The position numbers and the translations under genes were made by a program. From NCBI GenBank assembly GCA_045595645.1, contig JAZOAV010000040.1, forward strand, positions 82 through 64,081: a DNA stretch of 64,000 bases, read 5' to 3'. Numbering within the stretch: the stretch's first letter is position 1; each line of letters starts with the position of its first letter. The notes beneath the pieces were generated by a model. That model saw only the letters and a list, made by a program, of their open reading frames with translations, was not told the origin of the DNA and made no database searches. The stretch is from Faecousia sp. Its GTDB lineage: Bacteria; Bacillota; Clostridia; Oscillospirales; Oscillospiraceae. This document shows positions 36,829 to 45,467 of this stretch, one piece after another.

Positions 36829-38682
36829 ATGTTACAACAAAAAACGCACATTCGTTGCTCTGATCTGATTCGTCGTACGCTTTTGGCCTGGCTTACTGCC
36901 GTTCTGTTGGAATATTGGCTTCTGCCGAAGGCCTTGCGCGACTTGAAAGAATTGGACGGTTTGGCACAGATGTCTTTTCTCAGGGTCACGGGCCTCACCT
37001 GCACCTTGACGATCCTATTCAGCCTGTTGCCCCGCATTTCCAAAACCGCAGAGCGATGGAGTCTGCTTGCAGTCTTTGGCTCGCTTGCTCTTATGGCAAT
37101 GCGAGCCTCCGGTCACTGGGCTTTTGGCGTTATCTGCGGGCTTGTACTGCTTGGCCTGCTTGTGTACGGAATCTGCGGGCACAACGACACAGATACCCTC
37201 GTTTCCGAGACAAAGCAGCCCAAAAAAGCCTACCTTTGGATCACGGCAGGCTTGTCTGCGGCATTTTTTCTTTTCGTTTCTGCATGGACAGTGGGCCGTG
37301 TGTACACCTTTGGCACACCGACCTATGATTTCGGTATTTTCTCTCAGATGTTTTACAACATGAAAGAAACCGGCTTGCCTCTGACTACCGTAGAGCGGGA
37401 TGGTCTGCTGTCACACTTCGCCGTCCATGTGTCCCCCATTTATTACCTTCTGCTTCCCTTCTATTGCCTTGCCCCCACACCGGCTACCTTGCAGATTCTG
37501 CAAGCCGCTGTTATGACCTCTGCAGTCATTCCCCTTTGGAAACTGGGAGGATATCACGGTCTGAGCGGGGCACAGAGGATGCTGATTTGTGCCGTTTTGT
37601 TGTTATATCCCGCCTATTCCGGCGGCGCAAGCTACGACATCCACGAAAACTGTTTCCTGACACCGCTGATTCTTTGGCTGTTCTATGGCATAGACCGCAA
37701 AAATGTGCTGCTCACGGGCATTGCCGCCCTCCTCACCCTAATGGTAAAAGAGGATGCCGCCGTATATGTCGCGGTCATTGCTCTATGGCTGACGGTTAAA
37801 ACGCTTCTGCGCTTCCAAAAGTCAAATTTGCGGGAGCTTGTAATGGGTCTGGCTCTGCTGGCGGCTTCTCTCGCATGGTTCTATTTGGTAACGGGCTATT
37901 TGGCCAACAGCGGCGATGGGGTTATGACAGATCGCTACAAGAATCTTCTGTACGGAGATTCGACCTCCCTGCTTACGGTGGTCAAATCCGTCTTTCTCAA
38001 TCCCATGAAGGCTCTCTATGAATGTGTGGATGCTGACAAGCTGCCTTTTATCGCCATGACCCTTGGGCCGCTGCTGGGTCTGCCTCTGCTGACACGGCGA
38101 TATGAACGCTACCTTTTGCTGATTCCCTATATTTTGTTGAATCTGATGTCCGACTATCCCTATCAGCACGACATTTTCTTCCAATATACCTTCGGCTCCC
38201 TCGCCTTTCTTCTCTATTTGACAATGATAAACCTCGCAGATTGGAAACGGGCACGCACCCTTCCTCTCCTTGCCGCCGCTCTTGTCTGCGCCGTGTGCTT
38301 CGGAGTGGTAAATGCTCCGAAAGGCATCCGATATCCGACACAGACCATCCGTTGTCACACCTACTATCAGGAAATCCGCAACGCCTTGGATACCATTCCC
38401 GAGGATTCTGCGGTCGCCGCCACCACATTCTACACCACCCATCTTTCCCAGCGGGAAACTCTGTACGATGTCCGTTACTGCTCCCGAGAGCACCTGCTGG
38501 GAGCCGAATATGTGGTTCTGAATCCATCCGCCAAGGACGACTATAAGACCTACGCCACAGGGAAAAAAGAAAACGGCTATGAAATCCTCACAGCCCTTTT
38601 GGAGCAAAACGGATACTGCGAATATCTCTCCCACGGCAGTGCTTTGGTCATCTACAAAAGGGAATGCCCAACAGTCCGCTGA
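36829..38682 (+). CDS. DUF2079-like polytopic membrane protein (GT-C-like)
   Basis: YDFGIFSQ, HFAVHVSPI, YDIHE, KED motifs. Confidence 0.75.
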   Translation: MLQQKTHIRCSDLIRRTLLAWLTAVLLEYWLLPKALRDLKELDGLAQMSFLRVTGLTCTLTILFSLLPRISKTAERWSLLAVFGSLALMAMRASGHWAFGVICGLVLLGLLVYGICGHNDTDTLVSETKQPKKAYLWITAGLSAAFFLFVSAWTVGRVYTFGTPTYDFGIFSQMFYNMKETGLPLTTVERDGLLSHFAVHVSPIYYLLLPFYCLAPTPATLQILQAAVMTSAVIPLWKLGGYHGLSGAQRMLICAVLLLYPAYSGGASYDIHENCFLTPLILWLFYGIDRKNVLLTGIAALLTLMVKEDAAVYVAVIALWLTVKTLLRFQKSNLRELVMGLALLAASLAWFYLVTGYLANSGDGVMTDRYKNLLYGDSTSLLTVVKSVFLNPMKALYECVDADKLPFIAMTLGPLLGLPLLTRRYERYLLLIPYILLNLMSDYPYQHDIFFQYTFGSLAFLLYLTMINLADWKRARTLPLLAAALVCAVCFGVVNAPKGIRYPTQTIRCHTYYQEIRNALDTIPEDSAVAATTFYTTHLSQRETLYDVRYCSREHLLGAEYVVLNPSAKDDYKTYATGKKENGYEILTALLEQNGYCEYLSHGSALVIYKRECPTVR

Positions 38683-38708
38683 TCCTACCCTCCGACTTAT
38701 CAAGACAG

Positions 38709-38738
38709 CAAAAAGCACCGATTTCTCGGTGCTTTTTG
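38709..38738. terminator. Bidirectional terminator
   Basis: AAAAAGCACCGA-TTTC-TCGGTGCTTTTT between convergent genes. Confidence 0.85.
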
Positions 38739-38740
38739 CA

Positions 38741-39196
38741 TTATACCTGATAATACATCACAAGGCAGAAGATGGCTGCTGCCATGAACAGGCCGCCTAC
38801 CACGATAAAGGGGGCGACCATGCTCTTTTTTTCCTTGCGCTTTTCACGACGCTCCATGACATAGTCACCGTAGCGCACATGGGCACGGCCGCTTTGGAAC
38901 ATCCGGATGAAGGAACGACCCGCGTATGCAAGGGTATCAAAGACTCCCTCGCGGGAAACCAAGGACAGCAGACCCACGCAAAGCAAAACCACACCGGGGA
39001 TGGTGAAGGTATTCGACCAAACCCGCCAAAAATTCTGCGCCGCCGTCAAAGTCGCCATGCTATACGCAGAATCCGATGGATTTTGATAGGCAAAGTAGGC
39101 CATCGATGCCCCCAAAAGGAGGCATACGATGTAGCCGCTTATATTTCTCTTGTGATTGTCGTAAAACTCTTTCCAGCCGTTGGGTAGCTTACTCAC
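38741..39196 (-). CDS. DUF3899-like small membrane protein, last gene of the opp operon
   Basis: Three TMs, EGVFD..Y motif, basic stretch; overlaps oppF stop. Confidence 0.65.
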   Translation of the reverse strand: MSKLPNGWKEFYDNHKRNISGYIVCLLLGASMAYFAYQNPSDSAYSMATLTAAQNFWRVWSNTFTIPGVVLLCVGLLSLVSREGVFDTLAYAGRSFIRMFQSGRAHVRYGDYVMERREKRKEKKSMVAPFIVVGGLFMAAAIFCLVMYYQV

Positions 39197-40377
39197 AGAC
39201 CCAGCTCCTTGCGGTACTTCTGCTCCTCGGCATCGTTGCAGTAAACGAAGTGACCGGGGCTGACCTCACGCATGGTGGGCTTATCCACGGAATAGTCGTG
39301 GTCAGCTAACTTGTTGTACACAATTCTCGTGCGGTTCTTCTCGGAATGAGGATCGGGCAGGGGAATTGCAGACAGCAGGGAGCGAGTATAGGGATGCAGC
39401 GGATGGGCAAACAGCTCCTCAGCATCAGCCAGCTCGACCATCTTGCCGTAGTACATAACACCGATACGATCGGAGAAATACTTGACGACGGAGAGGTCAT
39501 GGGCGATAAAGAGGATGGTCAGATTCAGGCGCTGACGCAGCTCATTGAGCAGGTTAATGACCTGCGCCTGAATGGATACATCCAGAGCGGAGATGGGCTC
39601 GTCGGCAATCAGCAACTCGGGCTGCATGATAACGCTGCGGGCAATACCGATTCTTTGTCTCTGACCGCCGGAGAATTCGTGGGGATAACGGCCTGCATGC
39701 TCACGCACCAAGCCAACCAACTCCAGAATTTCATAGACCTTTTCTTCGATATATTCCTTATCCTTGATGCCGTTGATGACCAAGCCCTCGGAAATGATTT
39801 CCTTAACGGTCATACGGGGATTCAGAGATGCAATGGGATCCTGGAAGATCATCTGGATCTTGGTGGTCAGACGGCTCTTACGGGCCACACGCAGGTCATT
39901 GCTACACTGCTTCTTCAGCTCAGCTAACTTTTCGGGATCATCCTTCGCCTCAGCAAAGAGGGTCGTGTACTTTTCCTTGATCTCCTGCTCCAGTCCGGCG
40001 GCATAATCCTTATCGGCGTACTTGTGATCGTGCTTCGCCAGCTCGATCTGCTCACGATACGCCTGGATCTGTGCCTCATACTTCGCCCGATCCTCGGGAT
40101 GCGCCTTCATAGCAGCCTTGGCTTCCTTGATACCCTCACGGTAGGAGCGCAGACCGGCGCAGATGCGGTGACCCTTGAAGTAAATGCTGCCGGAGGTGAT
40201 GTCATAAATACGAATGATGGAACGACCGGTGGTCGTCTTGCCACAGCCGGACTCACCGACCAAGCCAAAGACCTCACCCTTCTTCACTTCGAAGCTGACA
40301 TCGTCCACAGCCTTGACGGGGCCGAAATACTGACAAAGGTTTTCTACTCTCAGCAGGACTTCCTGATTCTCAGCCAT
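39193..40377 (-). CDS. oppF: Oligopeptide ABC ATPase OppF (with helical insert)
   Basis: [33 protein letters not shown]. Confidence 0.9.
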   Translation of the reverse strand: MAENQEVLLRVENLCQYFGPVKAVDDVSFEVKKGEVFGLVGESGCGKTTTGRSIIRIYDITSGSIYFKGHRICAGLRSYREGIKEAKAAMKAHPEDRAKYEAQIQAYREQIELAKHDHKYADKDYAAGLEQEIKEKYTTLFAEAKDDPEKLAELKKQCSNDLRVARKSRLTTKIQMIFQDPIASLNPRMTVKEIISEGLVINGIKDKEYIEEKVYEILELVGLVREHAGRYPHEFSGGQRQRIGIARSVIMQPELLIADEPISALDVSIQAQVINLLNELRQRLNLTILFIAHDLSVVKYFSDRIGVMYYGKMVELADAEELFAHPLHPYTRSLLSAIPLPDPHSEKNRTRIVYNKLADHDYSVDKPTMREVSPGHFVYCNDAEEQKYRKELGL

Positions 40378-42526
40378 TGTCGGCACCTCCGTTCTTTTTC
40401 TTCATGCGAGCGATGCGGTCGGTGATATTCTTGGGAATATCCACCTTGGGTGCATCGGGGTGCAGCAGCCAGGTTGCCGCACTGTGGGTTTCACTGACGG
40501 CAAACATGGGGGGCTGCTCCTCGAAGTCGATTTCCATTGCGTACTTGTTACGGTCTGCAAAAGCATCGCCCTTAGGGGGATAAATCATATTGGGAGGCGT
40601 GCCGGGGATGGCGTCCAGCTTTTCCTTAGTATCAAGGTCAGGCATGGAGGACAGCAACGCCCAAGTGTAGGGATGGCGGGGATCGTAGAAAATATCCTCG
40701 GCAGTGCCGTATTCCACGATCTTACCGGCATACATAACAGCAATATCATCAGCCATGTTAGCCACAACGCCCAAGTCGTGGGTGATGAAGATAACAGACA
40801 GGTTGCGTTCCTTCTTCAGATTGTTGATCAGCTCCAGGATCTGCGCCTGAATGGTAACATCCAATGCAGTGGTGGGCTCGTCACAAATCAGAATGTCGGG
40901 GTCGGCGGCCAGTGCGATTGCGATAACGATACGCTGACGCATACCACCGGAGAACTCGAAGGGGTACTGATAGAAGCGGGCTCTGGGATTGTGGATACCA
41001 ACCTCGTCCATGAGCTTAATGGCGCGTTCTCTTGCCATTTCCTTAGTCAGGACATAGACGATAGCCGTTGCGCGCTCTTCCATGTAGGTGATGACCTTGG
41101 CTGCACGGCCACGGAAGTCGGTTTCCAGCTCACCCAAGTAGGCTTCATAGCGAGCCTGCAAGTGCTCCACGACAGATACGATATCCTTCTTCAGGTCGTC
41201 CAAATTACGAAGCTGTAAGGGGATGACCTTCCAGTCGGTTTTCTTGCCCGAATCGACACGCTTCTGCCACTTGGCGGTCTGCTTGTCGAAGCGAGCCTGC
41301 TCCTTGGGATTGAACTTCACAGCAGAGAAATACTTTTCAACGGCTGTTCTGAGAGCCAGTGCAAAAGTATAGGCTGTGCTGTCCTTGATGGTTTCCATGG
41401 AATCGATGGAGGGCTGAACCTTCTTACTCAGGTTTTCGGCGTAGGCCAAAGCTTCCTTCTCGGTGTATTCACCCTTGAAGTAGGCAATCGCCTCTTTCAG
41501 CATGGGCATCAGCTCCCGCTTATGACCCAATGCGGTTTCATAGGAATGGCGCACACCGGCAGAAACCAGCTCCGCAAATTCATTCATGAAGTTCTGATCC
41601 AGATAACTCTTTGCCATGCTGTTCGCCTGGCTGCGGGGTTTAACCGCCAAATCCTCAGAAGGATTCTTAATCTTATAGTAACCGATGGCCAGGAAGTCGG
41701 GCTTCTCCTGCTCCAGCATCTTCTTGAGCAGCGCAACAAAGCTCTTGAGCGTCTTTGCTGCCTCTGCGGGAAGCTCGCCGTTCTTCACATTCATCTTGGT
41801 CAGAGGCTGTACAGCAGCAATGCTCTGCTCCAGCTCAGAAGTAAAATGATAGGAGAAGAAGGACTCGCGCATCTTATTCGCTTTGGCGAGGTATTCCTTC
41901 ATCTTACGAGAGAAGGCTACCTCCTGCTTCTTTTCGATTTGGAAGAGCAAATCTTCCAAATCGGGCAGAACCTGCTGCGCCGCCTCGTGGGCAACATTGT
42001 AAGCATTCTGCATCTCATTGGCCTTGAGGTTGAAGCTGCGGAAGGTGTTCAGCAGCTCATTGATACGGCCATGCTTGTCGGCGGAACAAGCAGCGAGCAT
42101 ATTGGCCTTGAGCAGCTCCATCATGCGGTTGTATTCCACCTTGGCCTCACGACGGTTGGCCTTGTTCTTCAGGAGCATAGCTTCAATGATCTGCTTGCCG
42201 ATTTTTACGATGGGATTCAGGGAGGACAGCGGATCCTGGAAAATCATGGAGATCTTGTCACCACGGATGCGGTGCATTTCTTCCTCGTCGATTTTCAAAA
42301 GGTCCTTGCCGTCGTAGAGGACTTCGCCGCCCTCAATAATGGAGTTACCGGCCAAAATGCCCAAGATGGCCTTGGAGGTAACAGACTTACCGGAGCCGGA
42401 CTCGCCGACGATGGCGAGGGTCTTGCCGCGCTCCAAGTCAAAGGAGATATCACGCACTGCCTTAACCGTACCGCTGTTTGTACGGAAGGAAATCTTCAGT
42501 TTCTTAACTTCAAGAATCTTATCCAT
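40370..42526 (-). CDS. oppD: Oligopeptide ABC ATPase OppD with about 380-aa insertion
   Basis: GESGSGKS and IFQDP at the N-terminus; FSGGMRQR, DEPTTALD, HPYT after a long helical insert. Confidence 0.88.
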   Translation of the reverse strand: MDKILEVKKLKISFRTNSGTVKAVRDISFDLERGKTLAIVGESGSGKSVTSKAILGILAGNSIIEGGEVLYDGKDLLKIDEEEMHRIRGDKISMIFQDPLSSLNPIVKIGKQIIEAMLLKNKANRREAKVEYNRMMELLKANMLAACSADKHGRINELLNTFRSFNLKANEMQNAYNVAHEAAQQVLPDLEDLLFQIEKKQEVAFSRKMKEYLAKANKMRESFFSYHFTSELEQSIAAVQPLTKMNVKNGELPAEAAKTLKSFVALLKKMLEQEKPDFLAIGYYKIKNPSEDLAVKPRSQANSMAKSYLDQNFMNEFAELVSAGVRHSYETALGHKRELMPMLKEAIAYFKGEYTEKEALAYAENLSKKVQPSIDSMETIKDSTAYTFALALRTAVEKYFSAVKFNPKEQARFDKQTAKWQKRVDSGKKTDWKVIPLQLRNLDDLKKDIVSVVEHLQARYEAYLGELETDFRGRAAKVITYMEERATAIVYVLTKEMARERAIKLMDEVGIHNPRARFYQYPFEFSGGMRQRIVIAIALAADPDILICDEPTTALDVTIQAQILELINNLKKERNLSVIFITHDLGVVANMADDIAVMYAGKIVEYGTAEDIFYDPRHPYTWALLSSMPDLDTKEKLDAIPGTPPNMIYPPKGDAFADRNKYAMEIDFEEQPPMFAVSETHSAATWLLHPDAPKVDIPKNITDRIARMKKKNGGADNG

Positions 42527-42529
42527 AGA

Positions 42530-44113
42530 TTATTCCTCCACGCCGCGCAGAGACGGATTAAACGCATCGCGCAGGCCGTTGCCAAACAGGTTGAAGCTGA
42601 TCATGAGCAGAGAGATAAAGATTGCGGGAACCAACAGAACATGGGGATATTCCGTCCACTTGGACTGAGAAGCGGCATTCAGCAAAGTACCCAGGGAGGT
42701 CTGCTCGGCAGAACCCAGGTTCACAATGCCCAAGTAGCTCAGCATACTCTCGGTGAAGATAACACCGGGAATGACCAGCGCGACGGAGGTGATCAGGGTG
42801 CCGAGGGTGTTGGGGAAGATGTGCTTCCAAATGATTCGGCGGTCACGGGCACCCAAGGTACGGGCAGCCATAACATATTCCTGATTCTTGAAACGGTAGA
42901 ACTGGGCACGGACACGGTACGCAATGCCGATCCAGCCCGTTAGCACGAAGGCGAATATCATACTGACAATGGGGCCGACCTTTGCCGCCAAATGGATCTG
43001 GAACAAGGTCTGCACGACCACGGAGGGAACGCCGCTCAGAACATCGGAGACACGCTCCATAAACAGGTCGATCCAGCCGCCGTAGTAGCCTTCCACAGCA
43101 CCGAACATGGCACCAAGTACGAAGTTAATGGCAGAAACGGTAACAGCCAGCAAGAGGCTGAGCTTCAGACCGTTAGCCACACGCAGAGCCAGGTCATAGC
43201 CTGCGGTATCGGTACCGAAGATATGCTCCGGTTCAAAGCCGTTCATATAGCGATAGTAGTTGTAGTAGAGCACACGCACACGGTACTGAGCGGTTTCCAA
43301 ACTACCGCCACCGGTGTACTCGAAAATCTTCAGACTGCCGTCCTCGTTACGCTTGTAGTTGTCCTCAAGAACGAGGCCCAGCTTGTAGTTCATCTTAGAG
43401 ACATTGCCAAACTCGTCCGTCTTCTGAGGATTGAAACGGTTATCCATCTTGAACCAATAGTTTGCATTGGTTGGATCGGGAGTATACTCATTATTTTCAA
43501 TGAGAGGATAGAGAATCTGCAGACCGGTCTCGTTCTGCCAATCCACGATCTTCTGATACTCCTGCTGGGTAACAGACTTGTAAATGAAGCCCACTTCCAG
43601 ATAGGTATCGATAGCAGTGTCGGTAAACAGGCGGGTATCCTTGCCGTGCTGCTTAACGATTTCATCCTTGCCGATTTCACGAACAGGCTGATAGTAGCTG
43701 CTCAGGGACTCCTCAAGGGTAACATCGCGGTATTCGCCAAACTGATAATGCTCAGCGGCAACACCGACAGCAAGCTGCAGCATCAAAGTCTGCTCACGCA
43801 TATCACGGTTGGCCGTACCTTCCATGATGCCGTACTCACGCAGGGTCAGGTTTCTGGGACCCATCTTCTGATAGTAAGGATCCATAAAGGTGGTCTCCAT
43901 GGTAGACAGCAGCGGGGTGATCAGGGAGAACAGAACGATTGCCACGATGATAAAGAAGGCAACAACGGAAGCACGGCTCTTGCAGAAACGGCGCAGTGCA
44001 TCGCGGAAATAGCCGATAGGCTTATCGTCAAACTTCTTGTCGCTGATCCGCTCGCCTTCATTGACAAAGCGGAACTTGGAGGTAGGAATCTTGGAGTATT
44101 CATTCATAGCCAT
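42530..44113 (-). CDS. oppC: Oligopeptide ABC permease OppC with large extracytoplasmic loop
   Basis: FGTD..G.D, EYVMAARTLGA (EAA), LGNGLRDAF-like end. Confidence 0.9.
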   Translation of the reverse strand: MAMNEYSKIPTSKFRFVNEGERISDKKFDDKPIGYFRDALRRFCKSRASVVAFFIIVAIVLFSLITPLLSTMETTFMDPYYQKMGPRNLTLREYGIMEGTANRDMREQTLMLQLAVGVAAEHYQFGEYRDVTLEESLSSYYQPVREIGKDEIVKQHGKDTRLFTDTAIDTYLEVGFIYKSVTQQEYQKIVDWQNETGLQILYPLIENNEYTPDPTNANYWFKMDNRFNPQKTDEFGNVSKMNYKLGLVLEDNYKRNEDGSLKIFEYTGGGSLETAQYRVRVLYYNYYRYMNGFEPEHIFGTDTAGYDLALRVANGLKLSLLLAVTVSAINFVLGAMFGAVEGYYGGWIDLFMERVSDVLSGVPSVVVQTLFQIHLAAKVGPIVSMIFAFVLTGWIGIAYRVRAQFYRFKNQEYVMAARTLGARDRRIIWKHIFPNTLGTLITSVALVIPGVIFTESMLSYLGIVNLGSAEQTSLGTLLNAASQSKWTEYPHVLLVPAIFISLLMISFNLFGNGLRDAFNPSLRGVEE

Positions 44114-45073
44114 TTATCTCTCCCCCATTCTGATTCGAGGATCAATCAAGCCGTAGCTGAGGTCGTTGATGAGGGTACCGGTCAAGCCGATGAGGGTGTA
44201 GAACACGGTACACATCATGAAAACATCATAGTCCAGAAGATTGATACTGTTAATATAAAGCTGACCCACGCCGGGAACGGAGAAAATTCTCTCGATAACC
44301 ATGGAACCACCCATGATGGAAACAAAGCTGGAGATGATCATGGGCAGGATGGGAACCATAGCGTTCTTCAGCGCATGGCGAGAAGTAGCCTGTGCGCGGG
44401 TCAGGCCCTTGGTGCGGGCCAAAAGCATATAGTCGGAAGTCAAGGTCTCCGTCAACTCGGCACGAGTGAAACGGCAAAGAGAAGCAATTTCACCGAAAGA
44501 AAGTGCCATGACAGGTGCAATCATACTCACGAACATTGCGCCCGTGAAGTAGCTGCCACCTGCATCGTACAGGGAGTACATAGTCAAAGGCAGCCAGCCC
44601 AGCTTGGAATAGAAGATGTACTGCACTAAGAAGGCGTAGACATAGCTGGGAACGGAAACAAAAATCATAACAGAGGTACTGATGAGGGAGTCCTGCCACT
44701 TGTTCTTACGAATAGCAGCATAGATACCCAGCGCAATACCGATGGGAATGGAGAACAGCAACGAGTACAGGTTCACCAAAACCGTAGGCAGGAAACGGTC
44801 GGAAAGCACCTGGAATGCAGGAGTCAAAGGCGATGCCACATACCATGCGGTACCAAAGTCCAAATTGGTGAAAATGTTTTTCAAGTAAATGCCATATTGT
44901 TCTAACAGGGGTTTGTTGTAGCCGAGGGCTTCAAAACGGGCTTCGTAGGCTTCCTTCTTAGAGACTTCCGTCGGAAGCTCACGGGGCAGCATTCTGATGA
45001 GCATAAAGCAGATGGTGGTAATGATGAACAAAACCAAGAACATCAGCAGAATACGCTTGATGATATATTTCAT
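44114..45073 (-). CDS. oppB: Oligopeptide ABC permease OppB
   Basis: KYIIKRI, DYMLLARTKGL, HALKNA, IDPRIR; RBS AAGGAG. Confidence 0.92.
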   Translation of the reverse strand: MKYIIKRILLMFLVLFIITTICFMLIRMLPRELPTEVSKKEAYEARFEALGYNKPLLEQYGIYLKNIFTNLDFGTAWYVASPLTPAFQVLSDRFLPTVLVNLYSLLFSIPIGIALGIYAAIRKNKWQDSLISTSVMIFVSVPSYVYAFLVQYIFYSKLGWLPLTMYSLYDAGGSYFTGAMFVSMIAPVMALSFGEIASLCRFTRAELTETLTSDYMLLARTKGLTRAQATSRHALKNAMVPILPMIISSFVSIMGGSMVIERIFSVPGVGQLYINSINLLDYDVFMMCTVFYTLIGLTGTLINDLSYGLIDPRIRMGER

Positions 45074-45397
45074 AACAACACTCCTTTGTTCGGCACGGAC
45101 TGCCAAAATGGGGAATTGGTTCCAAGTTGGGTCACACGGGGAACCGCCGTGATGCCGAAGCGACGCCCTTGTTGCTCCGAGAAATAGAAAATACTATCCG
45201 CGAAGCAACAAGGGCGTCGCTCCCGAACATAATGCAGGCAACAGGGCAGGGCACAAATTTTTATAAAATGTGCCAAAATAATTTGCTAAAGTGACGAGAA
45301 AAAGTTCCGAAAATGTTTGGAGAATTCCCAAAAAATTGTACAATCATTTAAAAAATTCACTCAATAAATTCGGCAAAAATCACCAATATACCACTCA

Positions 45398-45423
45398 GCA
45401 GGGGAGATTTGCATCTCCCCTGC
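45398..45423 (-). terminator. Hairpin downstream of oppA
   Basis: GCAGGGGAGAT-TTGC-ATCTCCCCTGC. Confidence 0.7.
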
Positions 45424-45467
45424 CTTCATGGGTTAGACCGGAGCTTCCTCCAAAGTCTCAGGAAATA

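Noticed and set aside
41040-42170. Intein in OppD
   Set aside because: No C/S-start, HN-C/S/T end or LAGLIDADG blocks; composition is helical.
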